The notes under the pieces are model-generated. The model was not told where the DNA came from. It saw only the letters and a list, made by a program, of their open reading frames with translations, and searched no databases. A DNA stretch of 59,133 bases, filler included, from Babesia bigemina (Eukaryota), in the NCBI RefSeq assembly GCF_000981445.1. It is 10 parts of 10 records of this genome, joined end to end, with 100 filler letters (N's around TTAATTAATTAA, not from the genome) between each part and the next. Parts side by side here need not be neighbours in the genome. Positions count along the whole stretch, not along the records: positions 38,744 to 49,684 come from NW_012237379.1; positions 49,785 to 52,079 come from NW_012237380.1; positions 52,180 to 56,171 come from NW_012237381.1; 7 more parts are not named here. One strand, written 5' to 3'. Made by a program: the position numbers and the translations under genes. This document shows, in pieces, positions 43,016 through 54,229 of this stretch (the first letter of the stretch is position 1; each line of letters opens with the position of its first letter).

Positions 43016-44609
43016 GAGAGCGGAGCCCTGCCCTTAGAATACGGGATGATTATTCGGAAGGTAAAATCAAATATTAGCCAGAATCGGTTCCCTAACCCGG
43101 TCACTGAGAACAATGCAGGACATTCCGTTACATTTAGAGATATAATGAAGTAACGGTTATGGGACATGCCCTTATCGCATGAAGCGTCGTTAGGTGAATA
43201 AAAGACTGCCTCGTATCCTTCTCGATCTCTTCTTCATCTATACAATAAACGTTTCCTTAGGCTGTCCCATTTTGTCACCTATTGTATAATATCAATGGGG
43301 GAATTTTGAAAGTGATGCACAGGGCGATTGTGGATCATATCCAGGCTTAGTTAGCTTGCGCGTAGATATTCGGGCGGCGTGGTTTTCGAAACGATTCGAG
43401 TTGTAAGCGACTATAGTCACTAACTTCGCGTTGGTAAATCATGAAATCCACCTTTATATGTACAACATTTTGTTATGCTCTGCGGTGTAGAGAGCGGTGC
43501 GCTAAGGTATTCTAAGAGCACTTAACTCGAGCATCAATAGATGCGCAATTTCGGCCAATCCACATGACGTCTGCGCGCGATGCGCGCACGGTTGTGTCTT
43601 GGCCTGAATGTTGTGGTTGTTGGTCATAGATATTTGGGCGTATTGAACGCGTGATGTTTAGCGGCGGCGATCGAAAATCTCGCAGCAGTGCTCCCACCAT
43701 TCATACAAAACTAGGGGCGGTGTCGTACATAGCGACAACTGCGGCGTAAATGCGTCATCATTAAGCGTACTGACTGGTCAGTATACATGGCCGTAGTCTA
43801 CGCATGACGCGGAGGAACAGAACTACCTAATTCACGCAATTTCAACTTTAAAACGCGTGAAATAAAACACATTAAGCCAACGCATTAGCGGCAACGCATT
43901 ACCTCGAGGTGGCATAAATTACAGGTGGACACGTTTACATAAACTAGTGTCAACATTGATAAGAACGTTCAAAATGCGAAAACACGCCTAATAATGTACA
44001 CAAAATGTATACGCCGTCCTGACGAGGAATCATCAACTCAACCTGGAATTAGACACGGTAAAGAAGTTCAGTGTGTGGCACACATTCGCCCTCGAGGGGA
44101 ATGATTTCACCCAGTTGTACGCATTGCTTATGATATGGTACACGTACGGCAGTGTGAAAGATTTAATAATGTATCCTTATATATATATCAGGATTCCGTA
44201 GAAGGTGCGTGTCACTACGCGAAAGAGCCGGTGAGCATGAATGCGTAGCGCAATATGGGCGGATGTGAAGGCCAAGGGTTATGAGTAGCGTGTAAACAGT
44301 AAAATATTACGAGGCATCCGTCACATAGAGCGTGTGTCTAGAGCAGCCGTCGTCTACAGTCACTGCATCGCACTTGTCTGCAGTGATGTTTGTTTTAGAC
44401 ATGTGCGTCGAGTATGTGTGAGAAATTGACGCATTGGCGCATAAGCACTCTCAATAAGTGATTGTGAACGCGGAATTAGGTCGGCCGTGCCGTTTTTCCG
44501 TTAGAATAATATTTCAAGCAGATTCGTCTAAACGTTCTGCTGTCACTATCGTAATACACATAGCGTTGTCTGCTAACGTTTTGTGAGCGACATTCCCTTT
44601 TGCGTAACA

Positions 44610-45938
44610 ATGAGGAGCTTGTTGGGTGTGTGTTTTGGAGCTCTCTTGCTCGTAGCAAGGAGCGGTTCTGCTATTCGCTATACTCACCGTTCGGGTGTTA
44701 TGTCAGCAGAGGTGGTTGGAGATGTGTCCAAGACCTTGCTGGCAGCCAACGAGGTTGTCAATGCTGAGATGGAGGCAACTCAGGTCAACGCAGATATGCA
44801 AAGTCAATTGGCTAATGTTAAGGAGACCATTGTTGGTGAGGTCTGCAGAAAAGATGCTGGAAGTCCTACGTGCCGTAAGAACGTAATTGCCTATGTTGAC
44901 CGTTGTGATGAGGGCGATTGTCTGACGCTCGACAGCATGAAGTACAAGCCGTTGAGTCTGCCAAATCCTTACCAGTTGGACGCTGCCTTCATGCTTTTCA
45001 GGGAATGTGATTCTAACCCTGCGAAGAATGAGGTGAAGCGCTTCTGGATGCGTTCGAGGAGCAGTCACGGCGACTACCATCACTTTGTTGTTAGCCTGTT
45101 GAAGAAGAATGTTGTACGCGACCCTGAATCCAATGATGTTGAGAACTTCGCATCGCAGTACTTCTACATGACTACGTTGTACTACAAGACTTACCTGACC
45201 GTTGACTTTACGGCGGCTAAGTTCTTCAACAAGCTTGCTTTCACAACCCGCCTGTTCGGTTTCGGTATCCAGAGGGCGTTGAAGCGTTTGGTTAGGAGCA
45301 ACCTTCCCGTTGACCTTGGAACCCACCCTGAGGCCACCATCCGCGAGATAGCTAGCGGCTACGGCGAATACATGATGACCCAGGTGCCTGCGATGACCTC
45401 GTTCGCTGAGCGTTTCTCCAAGATGGCTACTAAGACTCTGTTGGTTACCGTCAGCGACTACGTCCGGTTGCCCGCGTACAAGAGGTGGTACAGGAAGTTC
45501 AAGGAGTTCATTGTGACCTTCTTTACCGACCCTGCCAAGTTGATTTTGAAGCACGTCTCTCAGCCTGTGAAGACTGCGTACACAAAGCTGGTCCCCGAAG
45601 AACATAGGCAGGCTATCAGGAATGCCGTCGGTCAAAGCACCAAGCGTGTTGCCAACGGTGTACGTGATTTGGCAAAGAAGATTAAGGAGCCTAGCCAACA
45701 AATAATTCGTGAGAAGCTGCCTCACTACCTTTCTAAGGCAAAGGGAGCCGTTGAGCACGTTGTTGACAAGGTTAAATCAAAAACTTTAAAGAAGCGTGCT
45801 GGTGAAACATCGGACGAATCATCCAGCGATTCCGAAGAAGAAATTCTCATGGAATCACAATACGACCCAGATCGCGAAAATGATGAGGACTCATCCGACG
45901 AGTCAGCATATGAAACTGCTCCGGAATCACTAGATTAA
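44610..45938 (+). CDS. rap-1a: RAP-1a, 442 aa, hybrid N-type, C-terminus ending APESLD
   Basis: RAP-1 motifs as above. Confidence 0.96.
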   Translation: MRSLLGVCFGALLLVARSGSAIRYTHRSGVMSAEVVGDVSKTLLAANEVVNAEMEATQVNADMQSQLANVKETIVGEVCRKDAGSPTCRKNVIAYVDRCDEGDCLTLDSMKYKPLSLPNPYQLDAAFMLFRECDSNPAKNEVKRFWMRSRSSHGDYHHFVVSLLKKNVVRDPESNDVENFASQYFYMTTLYYKTYLTVDFTAAKFFNKLAFTTRLFGFGIQRALKRLVRSNLPVDLGTHPEATIREIASGYGEYMMTQVPAMTSFAERFSKMATKTLLVTVSDYVRLPAYKRWYRKFKEFIVTFFTDPAKLILKHVSQPVKTAYTKLVPEEHRQAIRNAVGQSTKRVANGVRDLAKKIKEPSQQIIREKLPHYLSKAKGAVEHVVDKVKSKTLKKRAGETSDESSSDSEEEILMESQYDPDRENDEDSSDESAYETAPESLD

Positions 45939-46965
45939 TCGGCTTTAAAAAGCCATTCATGATCACATTGTATGCAATTGAATATTAAGCAAAAGGTATT
46001 ACAACAGTTTTCCTAACTCCACCGATATAATGAACAATAACGCTAATGCTGACAAATAATAAGTTGATACTACAATATTTTTACGTAAATAGCAACGCTT
46101 GCATCATAAAAAAATGTAACGCTGCTACTGTCAAATAATCGCCATATAACAATTTTGAATGCCTAATCTCCATCGTTTTTCACTTTTGGGTTGCTCAGGT
46201 GTTCATATTTGCCAAGGCACCGTCCTGAGATCACTGCGTCGTTTTTGCGTGTAATATGTCGTATAATGTGCGTCCCATGGCTGCGCTGCTATTCGCTACA
46301 TGCGCTGCCACCATGGCCGTAGATAGCGTGTCTGCAGGCAACGCTGCAATAATAAAAAATTTCGTGACTGAGTTACGCACGCGCCATAACGTTATACAAT
46401 CAGTATTTGAAGAGTACAGCGTCGATTGCAAAATTTTCGTAGGTGCGTGTGATTCCTACCCGACAGGCAGCATTCAAAGGCAACGACTTAAGAAGCTATG
46501 CCGTCCACACACTCTCATGAGAGTGATAACTGTTCAAAAGTCGTTCACTTTTAATCAAATAAGAGCCAATGGTGATTGCATTGACCTTTGCTGTAAGGAT
46601 GTGTATGAACGCCGCCGCTAGACACGGCAGCGCAATTGAGAAAAGAGACATTTGAGTATTGCTACACAATGTTGCAATTATAAGCGTTGGGTGTATCACG
46701 AATGATGCGATTCTTTTGTGTTTGGATTTGTCTAGGCCACGTGCGAGGTTTCGCACTTTTTTGCATCAACGTACCTTACGGTCAACTAGATCGGTCGGCA
46801 ACGGTTCCTAGGCCTTCTTCTTTGTATAATATAGCTCATTGCGGTGTACTTTATTGTATGAGGTACGACTTAGCAGTATTTGTTTCCGTCCTTGCATCCA
46901 ATTTCGTGCAGACTACACTTAACACACTGATAGGTCTTTAAGTTATACACCAGATTCCGGAGGTC

Positions 46966-48018
46966 ATGATGGCACCTGTTTTGAAGCGCGTCGTGTCATT
47001 GTATGCTGCGCTGGCTGTGCCCCTTGTCCTCAGTGTATCTTATCGTACCCCGCGCTTGTCTAGGGGCATGAATGTGGACATGCCGTCCGAATCACTGGGA
47101 CAGGAAGACGCTGTTGCCAACGTATCGCGTGTCCGTCAAAGGTTGAATAAAGCCATGTCTCAATCTGCGGCTTATTTCAGTACAGTAGTTATGGATTCTG
47201 TCTGCAAGGGACGCAGGAGCGAAATGGAAGCTTGTCGCTCCGCGCTGCAACCCTACATGGCTCGTTGCGAGGATGGCGACTGTTTGCATATCGACATGGA
47301 GAGTATTGAGGTATCAGGAAGCACTAGTGTACCGCTACCTAATAAATTTCAACTGGATTGCGCCTTCGAGTTGTACAAAATGAGCTCTGCATTTCCATTC
47401 AGGGCTTTCCGCGGTATCGTAGCTCGATTCCAGAAAGGAGGACGCTACACTGCATACCGCGACTTTATATTGCATCTTATGTTGGCCAATGTGGAAGAAG
47501 GGACGTCAAGCGATTTTGAGACGTTCATGAAGAAATATCTTTTCATGGCGGCTGTCCAATACAAGACTTATTTGATGTTGGAAAACTGGAAAGTAAAACT
47601 CCAGAATATGACTGATTTATCGCATTTTATATTTGTGGACAAAATTGAACGATCTCTGGTTCAAATAATCGTGCAGACTGCACCCAAGTCCGCTATAGGA
47701 ACGCCTATAAGTGCGATTGAACCATACGTGAAGAGCTTCGCTGCTTACATAAATTCGTTCCGACTCAATCATGAGCGATTTGCGGAATTATATTCTTCAG
47801 TAGTCTTCATTGCGCTTAGGTCGTCAATCAGCAACACTCGCCACAAGGAATTAAGAGCAAGGGATCACAAGCTGGAGCCCTGGAAAAACTTTTACCGGAA
47901 ATACGTGATGCCGGTATTTGGCGCATTTAAGGGCATGTACAGCTACGTGTCAGGTAAGGTCGTGAACTCGTTTGGCGGGTCAGCTAAGAGAAAGTTGCAA
48001 ACAGAGGACGCCGCCTAG
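46966..48018 (+). CDS. rap-1b: RAP-1b, 350 aa, identical protein to the 15259 copy
   Basis: ORF-track translations match. Confidence 0.92.
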   Translation: MMAPVLKRVVSLYAALAVPLVLSVSYRTPRLSRGMNVDMPSESLGQEDAVANVSRVRQRLNKAMSQSAAYFSTVVMDSVCKGRRSEMEACRSALQPYMARCEDGDCLHIDMESIEVSGSTSVPLPNKFQLDCAFELYKMSSAFPFRAFRGIVARFQKGGRYTAYRDFILHLMLANVEEGTSSDFETFMKKYLFMAAVQYKTYLMLENWKVKLQNMTDLSHFIFVDKIERSLVQIIVQTAPKSAIGTPISAIEPYVKSFAAYINSFRLNHERFAELYSSVVFIALRSSISNTRHKELRARDHKLEPWKNFYRKYVMPVFGAFKGMYSYVSGKVVNSFGGSAKRKLQTEDAA

Positions 48019-49612
48019 GAGAGCGGAGCCCTGCCCTTAGAATACGGGATGATTATTCGGAAGGTAAAATCAAATATTAGCCAGAATCGGTTCCCTAACC
48101 CGGTCACTGAGAACAATGCAGGACATTCCGTTACATTTAGAGATATAATGAAGTAACGGTTATGGGACATGCCCTTATCGCATGAAGCGTCGTTAGGTGG
48201 ATAAAAGACTGCCTCGTATCCTTCTCGATCTCTTCTTCATCTATACAATAAACGTTTCCTTAGGCTGTCCCATTTTGTCACCTATTGTATAATATCAATG
48301 GGGGAATTTTGAAAGTGATGCACAGGGCGATTGTGGATCATATCCAGGCTTAGTTAGCTTGCGCGTAGATATTCGGGCGGCGTGGTTTTCGAAACGATTC
48401 GAGTTGTAAGCGACTATAGTCACTAACTTCGCGTTGGTAAATCATGAAATCCACCTTTATATGTACAACATTTTGTTATGCTCTGCGGTGTAGAGAGCGG
48501 TGCGCTAAGGTATTCTAAGAGCACTTAACTCGAGCATCAATAGATGCGCAATTTCGGCCAATCCACATGACGTCTGCGCGCGATGCGCGCACGGTTGTGT
48601 CTTGGCCTGAATGTTGTGGTTGTTGGTCATAGATATTTGGGCGTATTGAACGCGTGATGTTTAGCGGCGGCGATCGAAAATCTCGCAGCAGTGCTCCCAC
48701 CATTCATACAAAACTAGGGGCGGTGTCGTACATAGCGACAACTGCGGCGTAAATGCGTCATCATTAAGCGTACTGACTGGTCAGTATACATGGCCGTAGT
48801 CTACGCATGACGCGGAGGAACAGAACTACCTAATTCACGCAATTTCAACTTTAAAACGCGTGAAATAAAACACATTAAGCCAACGCATTAGCGGCAACGC
48901 ATTACCTCGAGGTGGCATAAATTACAGGTGGACACGTTTACATAAACTAGTGTCAACATTGATAAGAACGTTCAAAATGCGAAAACACGCCTAATAATGT
49001 ACACAAAATGTATACGCCGTCCTGACGAGGAATCATCAACTCAACCTGGAATTAGACACGGTAAAGAAGTTCAGTGTGTGGCACACATTCGCCCTCGAGG
49101 GGAATGATTTCACCCAGTTGTACGCATTGCTTATGATATGGTACACGTACGGCAGTGTGAAAGATTTAATAATGTATCCTTATATATATATCAGGATTCC
49201 GTAGAAGGTGCGTGTCACTACGCGAAAGAGCCGGTGAGCATGAATGCGTAGCGCAATATGGGCGGATGTGAAGGCCAAGGGTTATGAGTAGCGTGTAAAC
49301 AGTAAAATATTACGAGGCATCCGTCACATAGAGCGTGTGTCTAGAGCAGCCGTCGTCTACAGTCACTGCATCGCACTTGTCTGCAGTGATGTTTGTTTTA
49401 GACATGTGCGTCGAGTATGTGTGAGAAATTGACGCATTGGCGCATAAGCACTCTCAATAAGTGATTGTGAACGCGGAATTAGGTCGGCCGTGCCGTTTTT
49501 CCGTTAGAATAATATTTCAAGCAGATTCGTCTAAACGTTCTGCTGTCACTATCGTAATACACATAGCGTTGTCTGCTAACGTTTTGTGAGCGACATTCCC
49601 TTTTGCGTAACA

Positions 49613-49684
49613 ATGAGGAGCTTGTTGGGTGTGTGTTTTGGAGCTCTCTTGCTCGTAGCAAGGAGCGGTTCTGCTATTCGCTAT
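49613..49684 (+). CDS. rap-1a: rap-1a first 24 codons, cut by contig end
   Basis: MRSLLGVCFGALLLVARSGSAIRY. Confidence 0.9.
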
Positions 49685-49784
49685 NNNNNNNNNNNNNNNN
49701 NNNNNNNNNNNNNNNNNNNNNNNNNNNNTTAATTAATTAANNNNNNNNNNNNNNNNNNNNNNNNNNNNNNNNNNNNNNNNNNNN
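49685..49784. other. Artificial contig linker
   Basis: N44 TTAATTAATTAA N44. Confidence 0.99.
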
Positions 49785-51733
49785 AATCCACTCCACATCG
49801 CTCCCTAACCCACTCTACATCGCCCCTTATCCACTCCACATCGCCCCTTTACCCACTCTACATCGCTCCCTAACCCACTCCACATCGCTCCCTAACTCAC
49901 TCTACATCGCCCCTTTATCCACTCTACATCGCTCCCTAACCCTCTTTACATCGCTCCCTAACCCACTCTTCATCGCTCCTTAACCCACTCTACATCGCCC
50001 CTTAACCCACTCTACATCGCCCCTTAACCCACTCTACATCGCCCCTTTATCCACTCCACATCGCTCCCTAACCCACTCTACATCGCCCCTTTATCCACTC
50101 TACATCGCCCCTTTATCCACTCTTCATCGCTCCCTAACCCACTACACATCGCTCCCTAATCCACTCTACATCGCTCCCTAATCCACCCTTCATCGCCCCT
50201 TTATCCTCTCCACATCGCTCCCTAATCCACTCTACATCGCTCCCTAACCCACTCTACATCGCTCCCTAACCCACTCCACATCGCTCCTTAACCCACTCTA
50301 CATCGCTCCCTAACCCACTCTACATCGCCCCTTAACCCACTCTACATCGCTCCCTTATCCACTCTACATCGCCCCTTAACCCACTCTACATCGCTCCCTT
50401 ACCCACTCTACATCGCCCCTTAACCCACTCTACATCGCTCCTTTACCCACTCTACATCGCTCCCTAACCCACTCCTCATAGCTCCTTAACCGACTCCACA
50501 TCGCCCCTTAACCCACTCTACATCGCCCCTTAACCCACTACACATCGCTCCCTAATCCACTCTACATCGCTCCCTAATCCACCCTTCATCGCCCCTTTAT
50601 CCTCTCCACATCGCTCCCTAATCCACTCTACATCGCTCCCTAACCCACTCTACATCGCTCCCTAACCCACTCTACATCGCTCCCTAATCCACTCTACATC
50701 GCCCCTTATCCACTCCACATCGCCCCTTTATCCACTCTACATCGCTCCCTAACCCACCCTTCATCGCCCCTTAACCCACTCTACATCGCCCCTTAACCCA
50801 CTCTACATCGCCCCTTTACCCACTCTACATCGCCCCTTTATCCACTCTACATCGCTCCTTTATCCACTCTACATCGCCCCTTTATCCACTCTACATCGCT
50901 CCTTTATCCACTCTACATCGCCCCTTTATCCACTCCACATCGCCCCTTTATCCACTCCACATCGCCCCTTTATCCACTCTACATCGCCCCTTTATCCACT
51001 CTACATCGCTCCCTAATCCACTCTACATCGCTCCCTAATCCACTCTACATCGCTCCCTAATCCACTCTACATCGCTCCCTAACCCACTCTACATCGCCCC
51101 TTAACCCACTCTACATCGCTCCTTAAACCACTCTACATCGCTCCCTAACCGACTCCACATCGCTCCCTTACCCACTCTACATCGCTCCCTAACCCACTCC
51201 ACATCGCCCCTTTATCCACTCTACATCGCCCCTTTACCCACTCTACATCGCTCCCTAACCCACTCTACATCGCCCCTTACCCACTCTACATCGCTCCTTA
51301 ACCCACTCCACATCGCTCCCTAACCCACTCTTCATCGCCCCTTTACCCACTATACATCGCCCCTTACCCACTGTACATCGCTCCCTAACCCACTCTACAT
51401 CGCTCCTCTATCCACTCTACATCGCTCCTTTACCCACTCTACATCGCTCCTTAACCCACTCCACATCGCTCCCTTATCCACTCTCCATCGCTCCCTAACT
51501 CACCTTACATCGCCCCTTAATCCACCCTACATCGCTCCTTTATCCACTCTACATCGCCCCTTACTCCACTCCACATCGCTCCCTAACCCACTCTACATCG
51601 CTCCCTAACCCACTCTTCATCGCCCCTTAACCCACTCTACATCTTTCCTTATCCACTCCACATCGCCCCTTTATCCACTCTACATCGCCCCTTTATCCAC
51701 TCTACATCGCTCCCTAACCCACTCTACATCGCT
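49785..51733 (+). repeat. 21-bp satellite A, at least 90 units (longest array here)
   Basis: Tandem units. Confidence 0.97.
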
Positions 51734-52079
51734 CGAATCACCTCGCCATAATACCGCTATGACCTCCATAAACCATCCTCAAAACTTGTGCCTTGTCACC
51801 CTTCACTTCCCTTCTTCCACCTCTTGCCACTGCCATGTCCCATCATGTTCACCCTATCTCCAAATCTCTCGAATTAGCTCGTCTTATTAACGCTATGACC
51901 TCTATAAACCATTATAAGAATTTGCTGATACTGACCATTCTCTCACTGACGATGCTACTAAAAGAGCCTTGGATGGCATTGAGTCCAAGCTTGTTAGCCT
52001 TGGTCACCTTGCTGGTCAACTTGGCGGATTTGTTAGTGAGAGTGAGAGTGTTAAGAAAGCCGTTAAGAATGCTTAGATA
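51734..52079 (+). pseudogene. ves leader (duplicated) followed by a degenerate remnant resembling the ves1 N-terminal domain
   Basis: Leader MTSINHPQNLCLVTLHFPSSTSCHC, then frame 51918..52076 reads EFADTDHSLTDDATKRALDGIESKLVSLGHLAGQLGGFVSESESVKKAVKNA*, similar to the SLGxLAGQLxGF motif I recall from Babesia VESA1 N-termini. Confidence 0.6.
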
Positions 52080-52179
52080 NNNNNNNNNNNNNNNNNNNNN
52101 NNNNNNNNNNNNNNNNNNNNNNNTTAATTAATTAANNNNNNNNNNNNNNNNNNNNNNNNNNNNNNNNNNNNNNNNNNNN
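52080..52179. other. Artificial contig linker
   Basis: N44 TTAATTAATTAA N44. Confidence 0.99.
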
Positions 52180-52237
52180 CCGTGCCTCCTGCAGAGGAAG
52201 CATGGAGTACTAACTACTGGACCATGAGGAAATTCCC
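52180..52237 (-). mobile_element. CHR-2-like cetartiodactyl SINE, 5' end fragment (host DNA)
   Basis: CCTGCAGAGGAAGCATGGAGTACTAACTACTGGACCATGAGGAAATTCCC resembles the reverse complement of the tRNA-derived head. Confidence 0.6.
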
Positions 52238-52310
52238 TATTTGAGGATTTTATCTCAGTATTGTTCTTCTTGTATCTTTTTTTTTTTTTTCTCACAGCTT
52301 TATTGAGGTA

Positions 52311-54229
52311 TCAGATCAGATCAAATCAGTCGCTCAGTTGTGTCCGACTCTTTGCAACCCCATGAATCGCAGCACGCCAGGCCTCCCTGTCCATCACCAA
52401 CTCCCGGAGTTCACTCAGACTCACATCCAGCGAGTCAGTGATGCCATCCAGCCATCTCATCCTCTGGCGTCCCCTTCTCCTCCTGCCCCCAATCCCGCCC
52501 AGCATCAGAGTCTTTTCCAATGAGTCAACACTTAGCATGAGGTGGCCAAAGTACTGGAGTTTCAGCTTCAGCATCATTCCTTCCAAAGAAATCCCAGGGC
52601 TGATCTCCTTCAGAATGGACTGGTTGGATCTCCTTGCAGTCCAAGGGACTCTCAAGAGTCTTCTCCAACACCACAGTTCAAAAGCATCAATTCTTCAGCG
52701 CTCAGCCTTCTTCACAGTCCAACTCTCACATCCATACATGACCACTGGAAAAACCATAGCCTTGACTAGATGGACCTTTGTTGGCAAAGTAATGTCTCTG
52801 GTCATAACTTTCCTTCCAAGGAGTAAGCGTCTTTTAATTTCATGGCTGCAATCACCATCTGCAGTGATTTTGGAGCCCCAAAAAATAAAGTCAGGCACTG
52901 TTTCCACTGTTTCCCCTAACCCTAACCCTAACGCTATCCCTAACCCTAACCCTAACCCTAACCCATGAAGTGATGGGACCAGATGCCATGATCTTCGTTT
53001 TCTGAATGTTGAGCTTTAAGCCAACTTTTTCACTCTCCACTTTCACTTTCATCAAGAGGCTTTTGAGTTCCTCTTCACTTTCTGCCATAAGGGTGGTGTC
53101 ATCTGCATATCTGAGGTTATTGATATTTCTCCTGGCAATCTTGATTCCAGCTTGTGCTTCTTCCAGTCCAGCGTTTCTCATGATGTACTCTGCATATAAG
53201 TTAAATAAGCAGGGTGACAATATGCAGCCTTGACGTACTCCTTTTCCTATTTGAACCTATTTTCCATGTCCAGTTCTAACTGTTGCTTCCTGACCTGCAT
53301 ATAGGTTTCTCAAGAGGCAGGTCAGGTGGTCTGGTACTCCCATCTCTTTCAGAATTTTCCACAGTTTATTGTGATCCACACAGTCAAAGGCTTTGGCATA
53401 GTCAATAAACCAGAAATAGATGTTTGTTTTTTGTTTTTTTTTTCCCCTGGAATCTCTTGCTTTTTTGATGATCCAGTGGATGTTGGCAATTTGATCTCTG
53501 GTTCCTCTGCCTTTTCTAAAACCAGCTTGAACATCAGGAAGTTCACAGTTCACATATTGCTGAAGCCTGGCTTGGAGAATTTTGAGCATTACTTTTCTAG
53601 AGTGTGAGATGAGTGCAATTGTGTGGTAGTTTGAGCATTCTTTGGCATTGCCTTTCTTTGGATTGGAATGAAAATTGACCTTTTCCAGTCCTGTGGCCAT
53701 TGCTGAGTTTTCCAAATTTGCTGGCGTATTTAGTGCAGCACTTTCACAGCATCATCTTTCAGGATTTGAAATAGTTCAAGTGGAATTCCATAACCTCCAC
53801 TAGCTTTGTTCATAGTGATGCTTTCTAAGGCCCACTTGACTTCACATTCCAGGATGTCTGGCTCTAGGTGAGTGATCACACCATCGTGATCATCTGGGAC
53901 ATGATCTTTTTTTGCACAGTTCTTCTGTGTATTCTTGCCACCTCTTCTTAATATCTTCTGCTTCTGTTAGGTCCATACCATTTCTGACCTTTATTGAGCC
54001 CATCTTCACATTTAATGTTCCCTTGGTATCTCTAATTTTCTTGAAGAGATCTCTAGTCTTTCCCATTCTGTTGTTTTCCTCTATTTCTTTGCATTGATCG
54101 CTGAGGAAGGCTTTCTTATCTCTCCTTGCTATTCTTTGGAACTCTGCATTCAGATGCTTATATCTTTCCTTTTCTCCTTTGCTTTTCGCTTCTCTTCTTT
54201 TCACAGCTATTTGTAAGCCCTCCTCAGAC
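52311..54229 (-). mobile_element. BovB (RTE-clade LINE), 5'-truncated and degenerate (host DNA)
   Basis: RT motifs [13 protein letters not shown] and [21 protein letters not shown], 3' end with (CTGAT)n-type tail; frameshifts and small deletions. Confidence 0.96.
52914..52961 (-). repeat. Interstitial vertebrate telomeric repeat (CCCTAA)8, one unit degenerate, inside BovB
   Basis: Replaces ATCTATTT present at the equivalent site of the BovB near 58426. Confidence 0.93.

Noticed and set aside
49785..51733. Satellite A as a true telomere
   Set aside because: CCCTAA is embedded in a 21-bp unit, and a complete internal array is seen at 25297-25907.
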